This document shows positions 49,162 to 59,401 of a DNA stretch of 64,000 nt, in pieces. The translations under genes were made by a program, and so were the position numbers. The stretch's first letter is position 1; each line of letters starts with the position of its first letter. Under the pieces are notes generated by a model. That model saw nothing but the letters and a program-made list of their open reading frames with translations, had not been told where the DNA came from and did no database searches. The DNA comes from Capsulimonadales bacterium (lineage in GTDB: Bacteria > Armatimonadota > Armatimonadia > Armatimonadales > Armatimonadaceae), in NCBI GenBank assembly GCA_033762295.1, contig JANRLW010000057.1, positions 1 through 64,000 of the forward strand, given 5' to 3'.

Positions 49162-51846
49162 CTACCCGTCGCTCGGGCGGACGAGAAAGCGGAACCGACC
49201 GGGCGTCAGGGAATAGATCACGGTCCCGGCCTCACGACCGCTTTCCGACGCCCCCTCCGCCGTCACCGTCGCGGCGTCGTCCGGCAGCGGAACATACGCG
49301 GTCGCTTGCGTGTTCGGCGGCACCGTGACGTCCCATATCCATTGGTCGCCTTCCTCTTTCCAGCGGCTTTCGATCCGCCCGTAGACCGAGTCCAGAGCGG
49401 CGGAAACCTCCGTCAGTGGTTTGTCGGTGGTATCGCGGTGCGGGCGGAGGACGAACCGCTTATATCCGGCGACCTCCGGGTCCAGATCGATTCCGGCCAC
49501 CACCTGGTACAGCCATGAGCCGATCGCTCCGTAGGCATAGTGGTTGAACGAGTTCATGCCGATATCCTGGAACCCCTTGTCATGGGTCCAGCCGTCCCAC
49601 CGCTCCCAGATCGTGGTCGCGCCCTGGGTCACCGCATACAGGAACGAGGGCCACTGGGTCTGGTGCAGCAGGCGGAACGCGATATCGGAACGCCCGGCCT
49701 CCGACAGAACGAACGGCAGGTACGAGGAGCCGACGAACCCGGTCGTCATCTTCATTCCTCGCTGTCGAATATCGCGCACCAGTTCCTCGACGGCGGCGGT
49801 TCGGAGTGCGTCGGGGATCAGGTGAAAGCGCAGAGCCAGCACATACGCGGTCTGCGTCCCCGGATAGACCTTCCCGGCAGGTGTCACATACTGCCGTTGA
49901 AAGGCCGACCGTATCTCCTCGAACCGTTTTTCGTACCGCTCCGCATCCTCGACCCGTCCGAGGACCGATGCCGCCCGGGACAGCAGGTGCGCCGAATAGG
50001 CGGCAAACGCGGTGGCGAGCAGGTCCTTCGGTGTCCCGCCCTCGGTCTTTCCAGAGCCGTCGAGCGCCAGCCAGTCGCCGAATCCCATCCAGCCCTGGTA
50101 GCCGTCGTAACAGCGGATATGATCCTTTTCGGTCGCCGCCTGGAATTCGACGAACCGCTTCATCGCCTCGTAATTCTCCTCCAGAATGCCGACATCGCCG
50201 TAGCAGCGATAGATCGTCCACGGACAGATCACTCCGGCATCCGCCCACGCCGCGCCGCCATCGGAATGGACCAGATGGATATTCGGCGCGAACGGCGGAA
50301 ACTCGCCGGCCTCCGACTGAGCATCGCGCATATCCCGCATCCATTTCCGGAAGAACCCGTCGACGTCGCGATTGAAAGCGGCGGTGCGGACGAACACCTG
50401 GGCGTCGCCGGTCCACCCGAGTCGTTCGTCCCGCTGCGGGCAGTCGGTCGGGATGTCGAGATAGTTCCCGCGCAATCCCCAGTCGATATTGCTCTGCAAC
50501 CGGGTGATCAGCGGGTCGGAACAGCCGAAATCGCCGGTTTGCGGGATCTCCGAGTGCAGAACGATACCGGTCAGGTCCTCCGGAACCGGTTTCTCGGTCA
50601 GACCGTAGACCTCGACGAAACGGAAGCCATGGAACGTGAACCGGGGTTCGAACACCTCGCCGTCCGGATCGCCCTTCAGCGTGTAGTAATCGGTCTGCTT
50701 CGCCGAGCGGAGGTTATCGGTGTAGATCGGGCCGGTCGTCGCCGCCGGTCCGCCTTTCAGGGTTTCCGCAAAGCGGAACCGGACCGTGTCCCCGGCCTTC
50801 CCCTTCAGCTTGAAGCGGATGGTTCCGACCATGTTCTGGCCCATATCGAAGATATAAGTGCCTGCGGGCCAGCCCCCCATAAACTGCGGCGGACCGATCG
50901 GCGTCAGTTCCTGGGTCGCCCGGACGGCGGGTCCGGTCATCGCCGAGAGTTCGATCCCCGGATCGTCGAACCGTCGGACGGCCTGCCATGCCGAATCGTC
51001 ATACCCCGGAGCGGCCCAGTCGCCCAGTTCCCGACGGGCATCGTAGGTCTCGCCCATCAGCAGGTCGGCTTCCAGGATCGGCCCGAAGGTGAACTTCCAG
51101 TCCTCGCCGGTCGTCACGACCTGCATCGAACCGTCGGCCAGGGTCAGAACCAGTTGCCCCAGCAGCTTCGGACGGTCGCCATACCATTGCCGTTCGCGCC
51201 AGCCGATATGGCCACAGTACCAGCCATCGCCGAGGACCGCGCCGATCACGTTATCGCCCTCGTTCAGCAGGTCGGTGACATCATGGACCTGGTACTGCAC
51301 CCGTTTTCCGTAGTCGGTCCATCCGGGAGCCAGGTAGTTCTCCCCGACCCGCTTTCCGTTGATGTACGCCTCGTAAACGCCCAGGGCGGTGATATACAGA
51401 CGCGCGGCGGTCACTCTGCCGGTCGCGAACGCCCGCCGCAGGAACGGCGCGGGCGCGGTCGTGCGGGGGCCGCCCGCCAGGGTCGCGCCGACCCATTGCG
51501 CCGTCCACTCCGACCGGGTCAAAAGACCGATCTCAAAGAACGCCGTCTCCGAGACCGTCTCCTCGCCTGTCTCATCGGTCACGGTCACATTCCAGTACGC
51601 CCGCTGACCGGAAACGAGGGGATCGCCGCAGAACGGCACGAAGACCGACTGATCGGTCATCACGGTTCCCGAATCCCACAGGTCCGCCGTCTCCGGACGA
51701 TCCGGGGTCGTCGCCACCCGGATTCGAAACGCGCTCTGCTTCGCTCCGGTTCGATCCGTTTCCATCCTCCAGGAGAGCAGCGGGGTGGTGTCGCCGATCC
51801 CGAGGGGGTTTGTCAGCGCATTGCAGCGCAGATCCGTAATCTTCAT
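49162..51846 (-). CDS. GH78 alpha-L-rhamnosidase
   Basis: DMGQNMVG, FTFHGFRFVE, PTDCPQRDERLGWTGD, GATTIWERW, NSFNHY. Confidence 0.95.
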   Translation of the reverse strand: MKITDLRCNALTNPLGIGDTTPLLSWRMETDRTGAKQSAFRIRVATTPDRPETADLWDSGTVMTDQSVFVPFCGDPLVSGQRAYWNVTVTDETGEETVSETAFFEIGLLTRSEWTAQWVGATLAGGPRTTAPAPFLRRAFATGRVTAARLYITALGVYEAYINGKRVGENYLAPGWTDYGKRVQYQVHDVTDLLNEGDNVIGAVLGDGWYCGHIGWRERQWYGDRPKLLGQLVLTLADGSMQVVTTGEDWKFTFGPILEADLLMGETYDARRELGDWAAPGYDDSAWQAVRRFDDPGIELSAMTGPAVRATQELTPIGPPQFMGGWPAGTYIFDMGQNMVGTIRFKLKGKAGDTVRFRFAETLKGGPAATTGPIYTDNLRSAKQTDYYTLKGDPDGEVFEPRFTFHGFRFVEVYGLTEKPVPEDLTGIVLHSEIPQTGDFGCSDPLITRLQSNIDWGLRGNYLDIPTDCPQRDERLGWTGDAQVFVRTAAFNRDVDGFFRKWMRDMRDAQSEAGEFPPFAPNIHLVHSDGGAAWADAGVICPWTIYRCYGDVGILEENYEAMKRFVEFQAATEKDHIRCYDGYQGWMGFGDWLALDGSGKTEGGTPKDLLATAFAAYSAHLLSRAASVLGRVEDAERYEKRFEEIRSAFQRQYVTPAGKVYPGTQTAYVLALRFHLIPDALRTAAVEELVRDIRQRGMKMTTGFVGSSYLPFVLSEAGRSDIAFRLLHQTQWPSFLYAVTQGATTIWERWDGWTHDKGFQDIGMNSFNHYAYGAIGSWLYQVVAGIDLDPEVAGYKRFVLRPHRDTTDKPLTEVSAALDSVYGRIESRWKEEGDQWIWDVTVPPNTQATAYVPLPDDAATVTAEGASESGREAGTVIYSLTPGRFRFLVRPSDG

Positions 51847-51967
51847 CGTCTTTCCGCTCCCCGGCTTCGCCGCCGGGCCTTCCGCTCTTTTCCTCAGGTT
51901 CGCTCTCGTGTCGGAGGAACCCTGCGCCTCCTTCCCGGGGTTTTTCGCCGTCTATTTCATCGACCGC

Positions 51968-53074
51968 CTATTCCATCGAACGGTGGAGAACGACACCGGC
52001 GACGGCGAAAAGGACGATCGGAAGCCAGGCGGCGACGATGGGCGGGATGCCTCCGGCGATGGCGACGATCCGCAGGGTGAGCAGGACAATCAGGGTGAAG
52101 ACCACAAGGATCAGGGAGAGCAGGATGCCGGTGAAAGCGCCCGTACGCGCGAACCGAAGCGACAGCAGCGGCGCGACAAAGGCGAAAAGAATGCCCTGTA
52201 GCGGGAACGATAACTTCAGATGGGCATCCGTCTCGAACTCCCGCGCCAGTTTCGCATTTCCGTACCCGACCTGTCTTTTCGCCTCCCGGTACAGTTCGTC
52301 CAGCGAGTAGGTGAAGGAAGCCGTCAGGGGTTGCCCGACACCGACCGCCGTGATCAGGTCCAGGTTCAGGACCAGGGTGCCGTCCTGCGCCCGCCCGTCC
52401 AGTTCGGATTCCCCCCGGCCTCCGAACCGGTGGTAGACGACATTTTTCAGTCGCCAGATACCGCCGACATACTCCGCGGATTCGGCGGTCAGGATCGTCG
52501 GATAGGCTTTCGCGGCGGTCCCGTCGACCGGGGTCCGCACGAGAACGACCTGCCGGATGACGCGCTTTCCGTCGGGCCGCCGGTCGGCGGCGGCGAACGT
52601 GACCACGAAATCGTCGGTCCGGATCCGGCGCGACGCGTCCGCAGGGTTGGTGGGCAGCGCATCCAGAACGGCGAGGGTGTTCTGCTGTTCGCGCCAGGCC
52701 CAGGGAGTCACCTTTTCGAAAACAAGCAGATTGAGCAGGCTGACGGCGGCGCCGAACAGGTAGACCGGAAGAAAAATCCGCCGCAGGGGCATTCCGACCG
52801 ATCGCAGGACGGTGATTTCGTTATCCCGCGCGAGCCGACTGACCCCGAGACTGATCGCCAGGGTCAGCGCGACCGGCAACGCCATGACCAGAACCGTCGG
52901 AATGTTCAGCAGCAGGAAACGGCTCACCAGAGCCACCGGCCACTTTTCCCGGAGGATGGTTTCCAGATACTTGTAGAGCGTGTTGCCGACCAGCATCATC
53001 AGGAAGGCGATGACGCCGATAAAAAAAGGGATCAGCAGTTCGCCGAAGACCAGGCGATCGCTCCGTTTCCACAT
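51968..53074 (-). CDS. LptF/LptG-family LPS export permease
   Basis: SRLARDNEITVLRSVG, 3+3 TM with periplasmic beta-jellyroll, AAWLP. Confidence 0.88.
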   Translation of the reverse strand: MWKRSDRLVFGELLIPFFIGVIAFLMMLVGNTLYKYLETILREKWPVALVSRFLLLNIPTVLVMALPVALTLAISLGVSRLARDNEITVLRSVGMPLRRIFLPVYLFGAAVSLLNLLVFEKVTPWAWREQQNTLAVLDALPTNPADASRRIRTDDFVVTFAAADRRPDGKRVIRQVVLVRTPVDGTAAKAYPTILTAESAEYVGGIWRLKNVVYHRFGGRGESELDGRAQDGTLVLNLDLITAVGVGQPLTASFTYSLDELYREAKRQVGYGNAKLAREFETDAHLKLSFPLQGILFAFVAPLLSLRFARTGAFTGILLSLILVVFTLIVLLTLRIVAIAGGIPPIVAAWLPIVLFAVAGVVLHRSME

Positions 53075-53123
53075 CCGTTCTTCAGCATACCATCCGGTTT
53101 CGATTCCGACGCGGTTTTCGAGT

Positions 53124-53903
53124 TTACGTCGCGCAGGTCTGCGACACGCGGATATCGCGAACGCGCAGCAGTCCGCCGCCGCGCCGGATCAGTTCCGAAA
53201 CCGTCACCGGAATCAGTCCTCGGGCGCGGACCTGTGTGACGATCCGGGGCAACGCGGCATAGGTCGCCGGAATTCCGTCATGGAGCAGCACGATGCCGCC
53301 GGGGGTGATGTCGCGCAGGACCAGCTGCTCGATCCGGGCCGCCGTCCGCCCGATCTTGTAATCCGCCGGGTCCGCGCTCCAGAGAATGTTCGCGTAGTTA
53401 TTGGCTTCGATCACCCGCTGAACCGCCGTGTTGTACTCTCCTCCCGGGGGACGGACCAGTCGGGTGCGCACTCCGAACATCGATTCCAGCAGGTCGCGCG
53501 TCGAATTGAGTTCCGGCGCGACTTCGTCCAGCGGGATTTGCGGGAGGCGATAGTGGTGGTAGGTATGGTTGCCGATCTCGTGGCCCTCGAGCGCCATCCG
53601 CTCGACAATCGCCGGGTACCGGCGAATCTGTTGCCCGACGAGGAAGAAGGTGGCCGGCAAACTCAGACGGCGCAGTATTTGGAGCAGTTCGAGCGATTTG
53701 GCGCCATGCGGACCGTCATCGAACGTAAAGGCGACGTACGGGAGGGCCGGGTCCCCGACGATGACCTTCAGGGATCGGATGCCGCGCTGTCGTTCCACAT
53801 CATCCTGGAAGGCGAGTTCGACCAGGCGGCGATACTCGGTTTCCACCGCCTCCGGGTGCGGCGGTTGAGTCCATCGACCGTTAGGAGCAGGTGAGGTACG
53901 CAT
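53124..53903 (-). CDS. Polysaccharide deacetylase (CE4/NodB)
   Basis: TFDDGP, HEIGNHTYHH, RPPGG, IVLLHD. Confidence 0.93.
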   Translation of the reverse strand: MRTSPAPNGRWTQPPHPEAVETEYRRLVELAFQDDVERQRGIRSLKVIVGDPALPYVAFTFDDGPHGAKSLELLQILRRLSLPATFFLVGQQIRRYPAIVERMALEGHEIGNHTYHHYRLPQIPLDEVAPELNSTRDLLESMFGVRTRLVRPPGGEYNTAVQRVIEANNYANILWSADPADYKIGRTAARIEQLVLRDITPGGIVLLHDGIPATYAALPRIVTQVRARGLIPVTVSELIRRGGGLLRVRDIRVSQTCAT

Positions 53904-54092
53904 AGTTACCGAAAGGTTTTAACCTCCGTCTCCCGAAATTGCCTCGAAATAGCGGTAAAATGGAGTACCGGCGGTCCTGCGCAGCAGGCGACCGCCGTCA
54001 GTGTTTTCCCCGATGACGCATGGGAAAAACCGCTTCGGTTCCTCCGTGTGAGACCGGTCGCTTCTTTCCTGACGTCTCAATATATCAACAGC

Positions 54093-55328
54093 ATGGGTAC
54101 TTCGACAAGGTTTTTCGCGGCTTTTATACGTTGGGCCGGAATCCGGGACCGTTCGGTTTCGGAACGCTCCCTGCCGCCGCGAGAACCCGGAACGGTGGCG
54201 GACGTCATCCGCACTCGCGTCTCCCTCTACCCCGGCACGCCGCTGGCCGATGCGGCGGAGATTTTCCGCACCGGAACCGATCGTACGGTCGCGGTCGTCG
54301 CCCCGACCGGCCAACTCCTCGGACTCCTTCGGGAAGCCGAGATCGCCCGACATCTGAGCGAACGTCCCCCCCATGAACGCCCCGCGCTTCTGCGAACGCC
54401 GGTCGGGGAACGGATGAGCGCCCCAACGGCGACGCTTCGTCCCGATATGTCTCCAGACGAGGCATTGAGGATACTGCAGGAGTCGTGCCGGGAGGTCCTT
54501 CCGGTAGTGACTCCGCACGGTATTTTTCTTGGCATGGTTTCGGGCGGCGATTTTTTGTCGGAGATGGCGCGACCGCTTCGCCCGCCGATGATCGGCGGCC
54601 TCGCCACGCCGCTCGGCGTTTACCTGACGACCGGAAACGTCACCGGCGGCGTCGGCCACGTCGCGCTGGCGCTGACCGGTCTGGTGTTTTTCTGCCTGCA
54701 CCTGGCCGCGTTCGGTCTGGCAGCGCCCGCGAACGCGGTCGTCGCCGCTCTGCCCGCCTTTGCCCGCCCGGCGGCGGACACCCTGATTTTCCTGCTCGTC
54801 CGTATCGGTCTTCTGCTGGCCGTCCTCCGCCTGACGCCGATGGCCGGCTACCATGCGGCCGAACATCAGGTGGTCCATGCGATCGAACGCGGTGAGCCGC
54901 TGACCGTGGAGGTCGTCCGTTCCATGCCGCGCGTTCATCCCCGGTGCGGAACGAACCTGGTGGCCGGTGCGCTCGTCGTTTCCGTGACCGGCGCGATCTG
55001 TCAGCCGCTTATGGGCAGTCTGGGGTACGTGCTGGGCGGAATCGCCGCCCTGGCCGTCTGGCGCGATGTCGGGGCCTGGCTCCAGCTAAAGTTCACGACC
55101 CGTCCGGCAAGCCCTCGTGAACTGGAAAGCGGCCTCCGGGCCGCCCGGGAGGTGCTGGATCGACACACCGCCGATCCGCGCCCGGTCGCACCGATCCGAC
55201 GTTTCGGAAATATGGGATTTCTTCCCCTGTTCGGCGGTTTTCTTCTCGGCGGCGCTCTGACGTTCGGTCTCTCCTTCCGAATTCCCGCGTTGCGCGAGCC
55301 GCTACTCTTCTTTTTTTCGGGATGGTAA
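54093..55328 (+). CDS. CBS-pair + DUF1385 membrane metallo-protein
   Basis: N-terminal CBS pair; IGGLA.P.GV, YHAAEHQVVHAIE, RVHPRCGTN. Confidence 0.8.
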   Translation: MGTSTRFFAAFIRWAGIRDRSVSERSLPPREPGTVADVIRTRVSLYPGTPLADAAEIFRTGTDRTVAVVAPTGQLLGLLREAEIARHLSERPPHERPALLRTPVGERMSAPTATLRPDMSPDEALRILQESCREVLPVVTPHGIFLGMVSGGDFLSEMARPLRPPMIGGLATPLGVYLTTGNVTGGVGHVALALTGLVFFCLHLAAFGLAAPANAVVAALPAFARPAADTLIFLLVRIGLLLAVLRLTPMAGYHAAEHQVVHAIERGEPLTVEVVRSMPRVHPRCGTNLVAGALVVSVTGAICQPLMGSLGYVLGGIAALAVWRDVGAWLQLKFTTRPASPRELESGLRAAREVLDRHTADPRPVAPIRRFGNMGFLPLFGGFLLGGALTFGLSFRIPALREPLLFFFSGW

Positions 55329-55396
55329 CGCGCGGGACCGGGGACAGGTTCCGCTCTGGTGAAAAGGAATCGCGTCAAACGCGAGAACGAGTATTC

Positions 55397-56776
55397 ATGG
55401 TTTCGACAACATCGACCGAATCTGTGGCAGGCGTCGTCGGACGCACCGCACGGACGCTCACCACGGCGACCGTGGAGATACTGCACGGCATCACCCGGCG
55501 ACCGCCGCCGTCCGGCGCGAAGGTGCTCCTGGAATATGTGTCCGCGAATCCGAACGGACCGATCACCGCGATTCACGGACGGGGCGGAGTCCTCGGCGAT
55601 ACCCTGGCCGCCCTCCTGGCCGCGACCGGCAGCGACCCGACCCGCGAATTTTATGTCAATGACGCCAACTCCTTCCGTCAGATGCGCCAGTTCGCCCGCG
55701 CCGTTCTGCACCGGTACCGCCAGATGTTCGGGCAGGAGTCCTGGAACGGCAGCGCTCTCCCGGTCGATGCCGAGGGTTACCCGGAAGAGTATGTCACCCA
55801 TACCACGCAAAAACTGATCGAGGCGGTCGGCGACCGCTTTCTCGGACGGAACGACGACGAGACGCTTCTTCCGCTTCAGGAGACGACGGCCCGGATCATC
55901 CGCCAGGAACAGGAGGAGGACCTGACCGCCCTCGGCATCCGGTTCGATCGGTGGTTCTCCGAAAGTCGGCTCCACGCCGACGGGGCGATCGAGCGGATTC
56001 TGGAAAGTCTGCGCGCTTCCGGGCACACCTTCGAACAGGGAAGCGCCCTCTGGCTCCGGTCCACCGATTTCGGCGATGAAGCGGACCGCGTTCTGCTGCG
56101 CGCCGACGGCTCGCCCACCTACCTTGCCGGCGATCTCGCCTACCATGCCGACAAATTCGATCGGGGCTTCGATTACCTGATCGATCTCTGGGCCAGCGAT
56201 CACGCCGGTTACATCGAGCGGACCCGCGCCGGTCTGGCGGCGCTCGGCTACGATCCGAAAAAACTGACCGTCCTGCTGGTCGGACCGGTGCGTCTCCTGC
56301 GCGATGGGACGGAAGTGAAGGCAATGCGCACGGACGGGCTCCTTGAGGTGATTACCCTGACGGAACTGCTGACCGAACTCTCGCCGGAGGTGGTCCGCTG
56401 GACCCTGTGCGACGCCTCGTCGGAGGAACCGCTCGATCTGGATGCCGACCGTCTGCGCCGTCCCGACATGCCCGCCTCGCTGGAAAAGGTTCGCTATGCC
56501 CGCTCCAGTTGCCGCTGGGCGGCGGAGAACGCCGGGGACGCCGTCGATCCGGAGGTGTTCTCCGAACTGACGAAGTATCCGGAGGTTCTGCGGGAAGCCG
56601 CCGACCGGCTCACGCCGAACCGGCTGACCGCCTATCTGGCGGAACTGTCCGATCGGTGGGTCGACTCGGTCCGGTCCGGGAACCGACCGGCGGAACCCGT
56701 GACACAGGCGGTGACGGCCGTTCTCGATCAGGGTTCGAAATTGCTGGGAATCGACATAAAGGATGACAATGCGTAG
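55397..56776 (+). CDS. Degenerate arginyl-tRNA synthetase paralog (catalytic core, no N-terminal domain)
   Basis: EYVSANPNGP, REFYVND, FDRWFSE, LRSTDFGD..DRVLLRADGSPTYLAGDLAYH..KF.RGF; HIGH and KMSK motifs altered. Confidence 0.85.
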   Translation: MVSTTSTESVAGVVGRTARTLTTATVEILHGITRRPPPSGAKVLLEYVSANPNGPITAIHGRGGVLGDTLAALLAATGSDPTREFYVNDANSFRQMRQFARAVLHRYRQMFGQESWNGSALPVDAEGYPEEYVTHTTQKLIEAVGDRFLGRNDDETLLPLQETTARIIRQEQEEDLTALGIRFDRWFSESRLHADGAIERILESLRASGHTFEQGSALWLRSTDFGDEADRVLLRADGSPTYLAGDLAYHADKFDRGFDYLIDLWASDHAGYIERTRAGLAALGYDPKKLTVLLVGPVRLLRDGTEVKAMRTDGLLEVITLTELLTELSPEVVRWTLCDASSEEPLDLDADRLRRPDMPASLEKVRYARSSCRWAAENAGDAVDPEVFSELTKYPEVLREAADRLTPNRLTAYLAELSDRWVDSVRSGNRPAEPVTQAVTAVLDQGSKLLGIDIKDDNA

Positions 56777-59297
56777 TCTTTGCCGGTTATTGATCGTCAC
56801 CGTTCTTGCCTGTGGTCTGCTTCTGCCCGTCAACGCGAAACCGATCGTCACACGCGGCATCTATACCGATGGCAGGGGAGGCGCGCACCCCTGGTATATC
56901 AATGAAGCGCATCAACTGATTTGGGAAGACCGGCCCTTCGTCCCGGTCGGCGGGCGTTTTCAGGCCCGCTCCTGGGTTTCCAATCCGACCGGGAGCGACT
57001 TCGAAGCGGATGCCGCCGCTCTGAAAACCCTGAAGCGGTGCGGGGTCACCGATATCTATCTTCAGCCGGCGCGGGGCGGACTGCTCTCCGTGCCGCCGAC
57101 CGCCCTTCAGCGGCTGATCGATCTTCTGGATGCCGAAGGATTCACCTACGGCATCTCCATCAACGATGCCCCGGCGGAGCTTCTCACCGGTTACGAGATC
57201 CGTCCGGGCAAGTACCGCCACCCCGTTCCGGAAGGCGGCGGACTGCTCCGTTTCCCGATACGGAACGCCGTCTCCGCCCTCTATTTCCAGGTCAGTGAAA
57301 GCGGTGATGTGATTACGACCGGCAAGGCGACGCCGGTGGATGAGGGGATGCGGGTCGTCCCTTCGAACGTCCCGGGGCGCAATATCGTCTTTCTCCTCCC
57401 GCAGCATGTCCATTTCAACGCCCGGTCGATCGGAGTGCCGAATGTCTGGGAGGGATTCGACCAGTACCGGGACGATCTGATCGCTCTTTTCCGCAAGGTA
57501 AAACTCGGGCCGGGCTTCCGGTTCTTTGCCGACCCGCTCTCCTCCGATCTGCGGTTGACCGATGACATCGACGTTTTCGTTCCGACCAATGTCTCGTTCC
57601 GGATCGAATGGAGCGAATGGCTGGGTCGACGCCACCGAAATATCGACAACCTGTTAAACGCCTGGGGAGTGAGCGATCGGGAGTGCCGGGATTTCCGTGA
57701 CGCGGCGGACCTGCTGCCGCTCTGGTGGGGAGGCAAAGGCGTCGCCCTTCTCTACAACCCCGACACGGAAAAGACGTATCGTGTCAACACCGCGCTGTCC
57801 TCCTACTGGAAGGATCTGACCGCGTTCAAAATCGAATCGATCCGCCGTTATATGAACGATCTGGCGACCGTTCTGAAAAAGGCGGTCGCCGATGTGCCGG
57901 TCGTCTATCGCACCACCGGTTACTCGGCTCTCCATACCGCGCTTCCGGCCAACCGAGGATTCGACGGTATCGGCATCGAGGCGTTCGGGCGCGGCAGCGA
58001 GCTGGTGACGCAGAGCGCAGGGTATGCTTACGCGCATACGGCGGAAGCGCCCAAGACGATGTGGCTTCCGGTGCTGGCGACCGGGGATGCCGACCCGGCG
58101 CGTAAGGTGGCGCGCGGTTACGCGTCCCGCGCGGCGTTGCATGCCGATCTGGACTGGCTGCGGGAGATCGGCGCACGCGGATTCTTCGTCGACGGCGTCC
58201 GTATCCTCGATACCGACCGAAAAATGTACGATCTCTCGGAAGCGGAGGATCAGCTTACCTGGCTGTCGGACTACGCGCGCGTCCTGGCCATCACCGGCGT
58301 GAGCGGCGCGACGGCCCTGCCGCGCGCGGTTTTCTACCCGCGCGGACTGGCGCTGGCGTCGGTACGCCCGCTGGCCGAGGGCGGATGGTGGCTCCCGACC
58401 GAACGGCCCCATGTTCCGTATGATTTCGGCGCCGCCGGAAAAGCCTATGCGCTGGCCGAGCCGGAACGCGGGACGGTCTACTATCTCTGGAACCCTTCCG
58501 GCAAACGCCGTATCCGCCTCCGGATTCCGAAGGCCGCCCGCGCGCCCGGTGCGCCGGCGCTCGCCTGGAGTCCCTCGGCGGAAGGCAACGTCAAGGGCGA
58601 TATTCTGACCATGACCATCGGGCCGGACCCGGTCCGCCTGATCAATTATCCGAGTGTTCCCGTGCCGCTGGACGCCTTCAAGGAGTATCTTGACGAAGGG
58701 GCGCGCATGGTCGCCGCAATGAAGAAGGCGGAGATTCCCGAAGGAGCGCGCTACCAGCTGTCGCTGGTCGGCACGGAACGACGCTTCAATGTCGATAATC
58801 CCCTGCAAAGCCTGATGGAGATTCAGCGGGTTGTCCAGGAGATGCGCGAAAAACTCCGTCCCTATGCCTGGATCGAGGCCGAACGCGCCGCCGCGCAGAA
58901 CTTTGACGGCGTCATGGAACGGCTCGGGGCCAGCGGAAACCTGGTCCTTTCCACCGAGGAGCGTCCGGCCGGAGCGGCCCCGGCCAACGCCGCCTACACG
59001 ATCCAGATCACGACGCCCGGCAACTACACGGTCTGGGTCGCCGCCTCGCCGGCGTCCCTCTTCTCCCTGCGTCTGAACGGCCGTCCGCTGCTCGACGAGG
59101 CCGTCCTCGCGACGCCGATCGGGAGTCGCTACGCCGACGGCCAGCTGGTCTGGCAGCGGTTGGGCAATGCCACCCTTCCGCGCGGCGTCCATACCCTGGA
59201 AGTTCGCGCCGAGACTGCGGCCAAGCTGGATGTGATCCTTCTGACCCGTGAACCGTTCGAACCGGACGGCCCCAATCCCCCCGCCCTGAAACTTTGA
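56763..59297 (+). CDS. Large secreted protein, possible TIM-barrel glycoside-hydrolase-like domain plus C-terminal beta-sandwich
   Basis: Signal peptide; GH42-like spacing motif (WL..RH.NID.L..AWG); C-terminal GNYTVWV...GVHTLEV...LDVILLT. Confidence 0.6.
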   Translation: MTMRSLCRLLIVTVLACGLLLPVNAKPIVTRGIYTDGRGGAHPWYINEAHQLIWEDRPFVPVGGRFQARSWVSNPTGSDFEADAAALKTLKRCGVTDIYLQPARGGLLSVPPTALQRLIDLLDAEGFTYGISINDAPAELLTGYEIRPGKYRHPVPEGGGLLRFPIRNAVSALYFQVSESGDVITTGKATPVDEGMRVVPSNVPGRNIVFLLPQHVHFNARSIGVPNVWEGFDQYRDDLIALFRKVKLGPGFRFFADPLSSDLRLTDDIDVFVPTNVSFRIEWSEWLGRRHRNIDNLLNAWGVSDRECRDFRDAADLLPLWWGGKGVALLYNPDTEKTYRVNTALSSYWKDLTAFKIESIRRYMNDLATVLKKAVADVPVVYRTTGYSALHTALPANRGFDGIGIEAFGRGSELVTQSAGYAYAHTAEAPKTMWLPVLATGDADPARKVARGYASRAALHADLDWLREIGARGFFVDGVRILDTDRKMYDLSEAEDQLTWLSDYARVLAITGVSGATALPRAVFYPRGLALASVRPLAEGGWWLPTERPHVPYDFGAAGKAYALAEPERGTVYYLWNPSGKRRIRLRIPKAARAPGAPALAWSPSAEGNVKGDILTMTIGPDPVRLINYPSVPVPLDAFKEYLDEGARMVAAMKKAEIPEGARYQLSLVGTERRFNVDNPLQSLMEIQRVVQEMREKLRPYAWIEAERAAAQNFDGVMERLGASGNLVLSTEERPAGAAPANAAYTIQITTPGNYTVWVAASPASLFSLRLNGRPLLDEAVLATPIGSRYADGQLVWQRLGNATLPRGVHTLEVRAETAAKLDVILLTREPFEPDGPNPPALKL

Positions 59298-59401
59298 TCG
59301 CCGGGTTCCGCCGCCCCCTCACCGCTCCGTCCGCCCGAGGAGCGGGGGCGGTTCGGGTATAATCGCTTTCGATCCCTTGAAAGATTCGGAGACAAAGCAT
59401 C

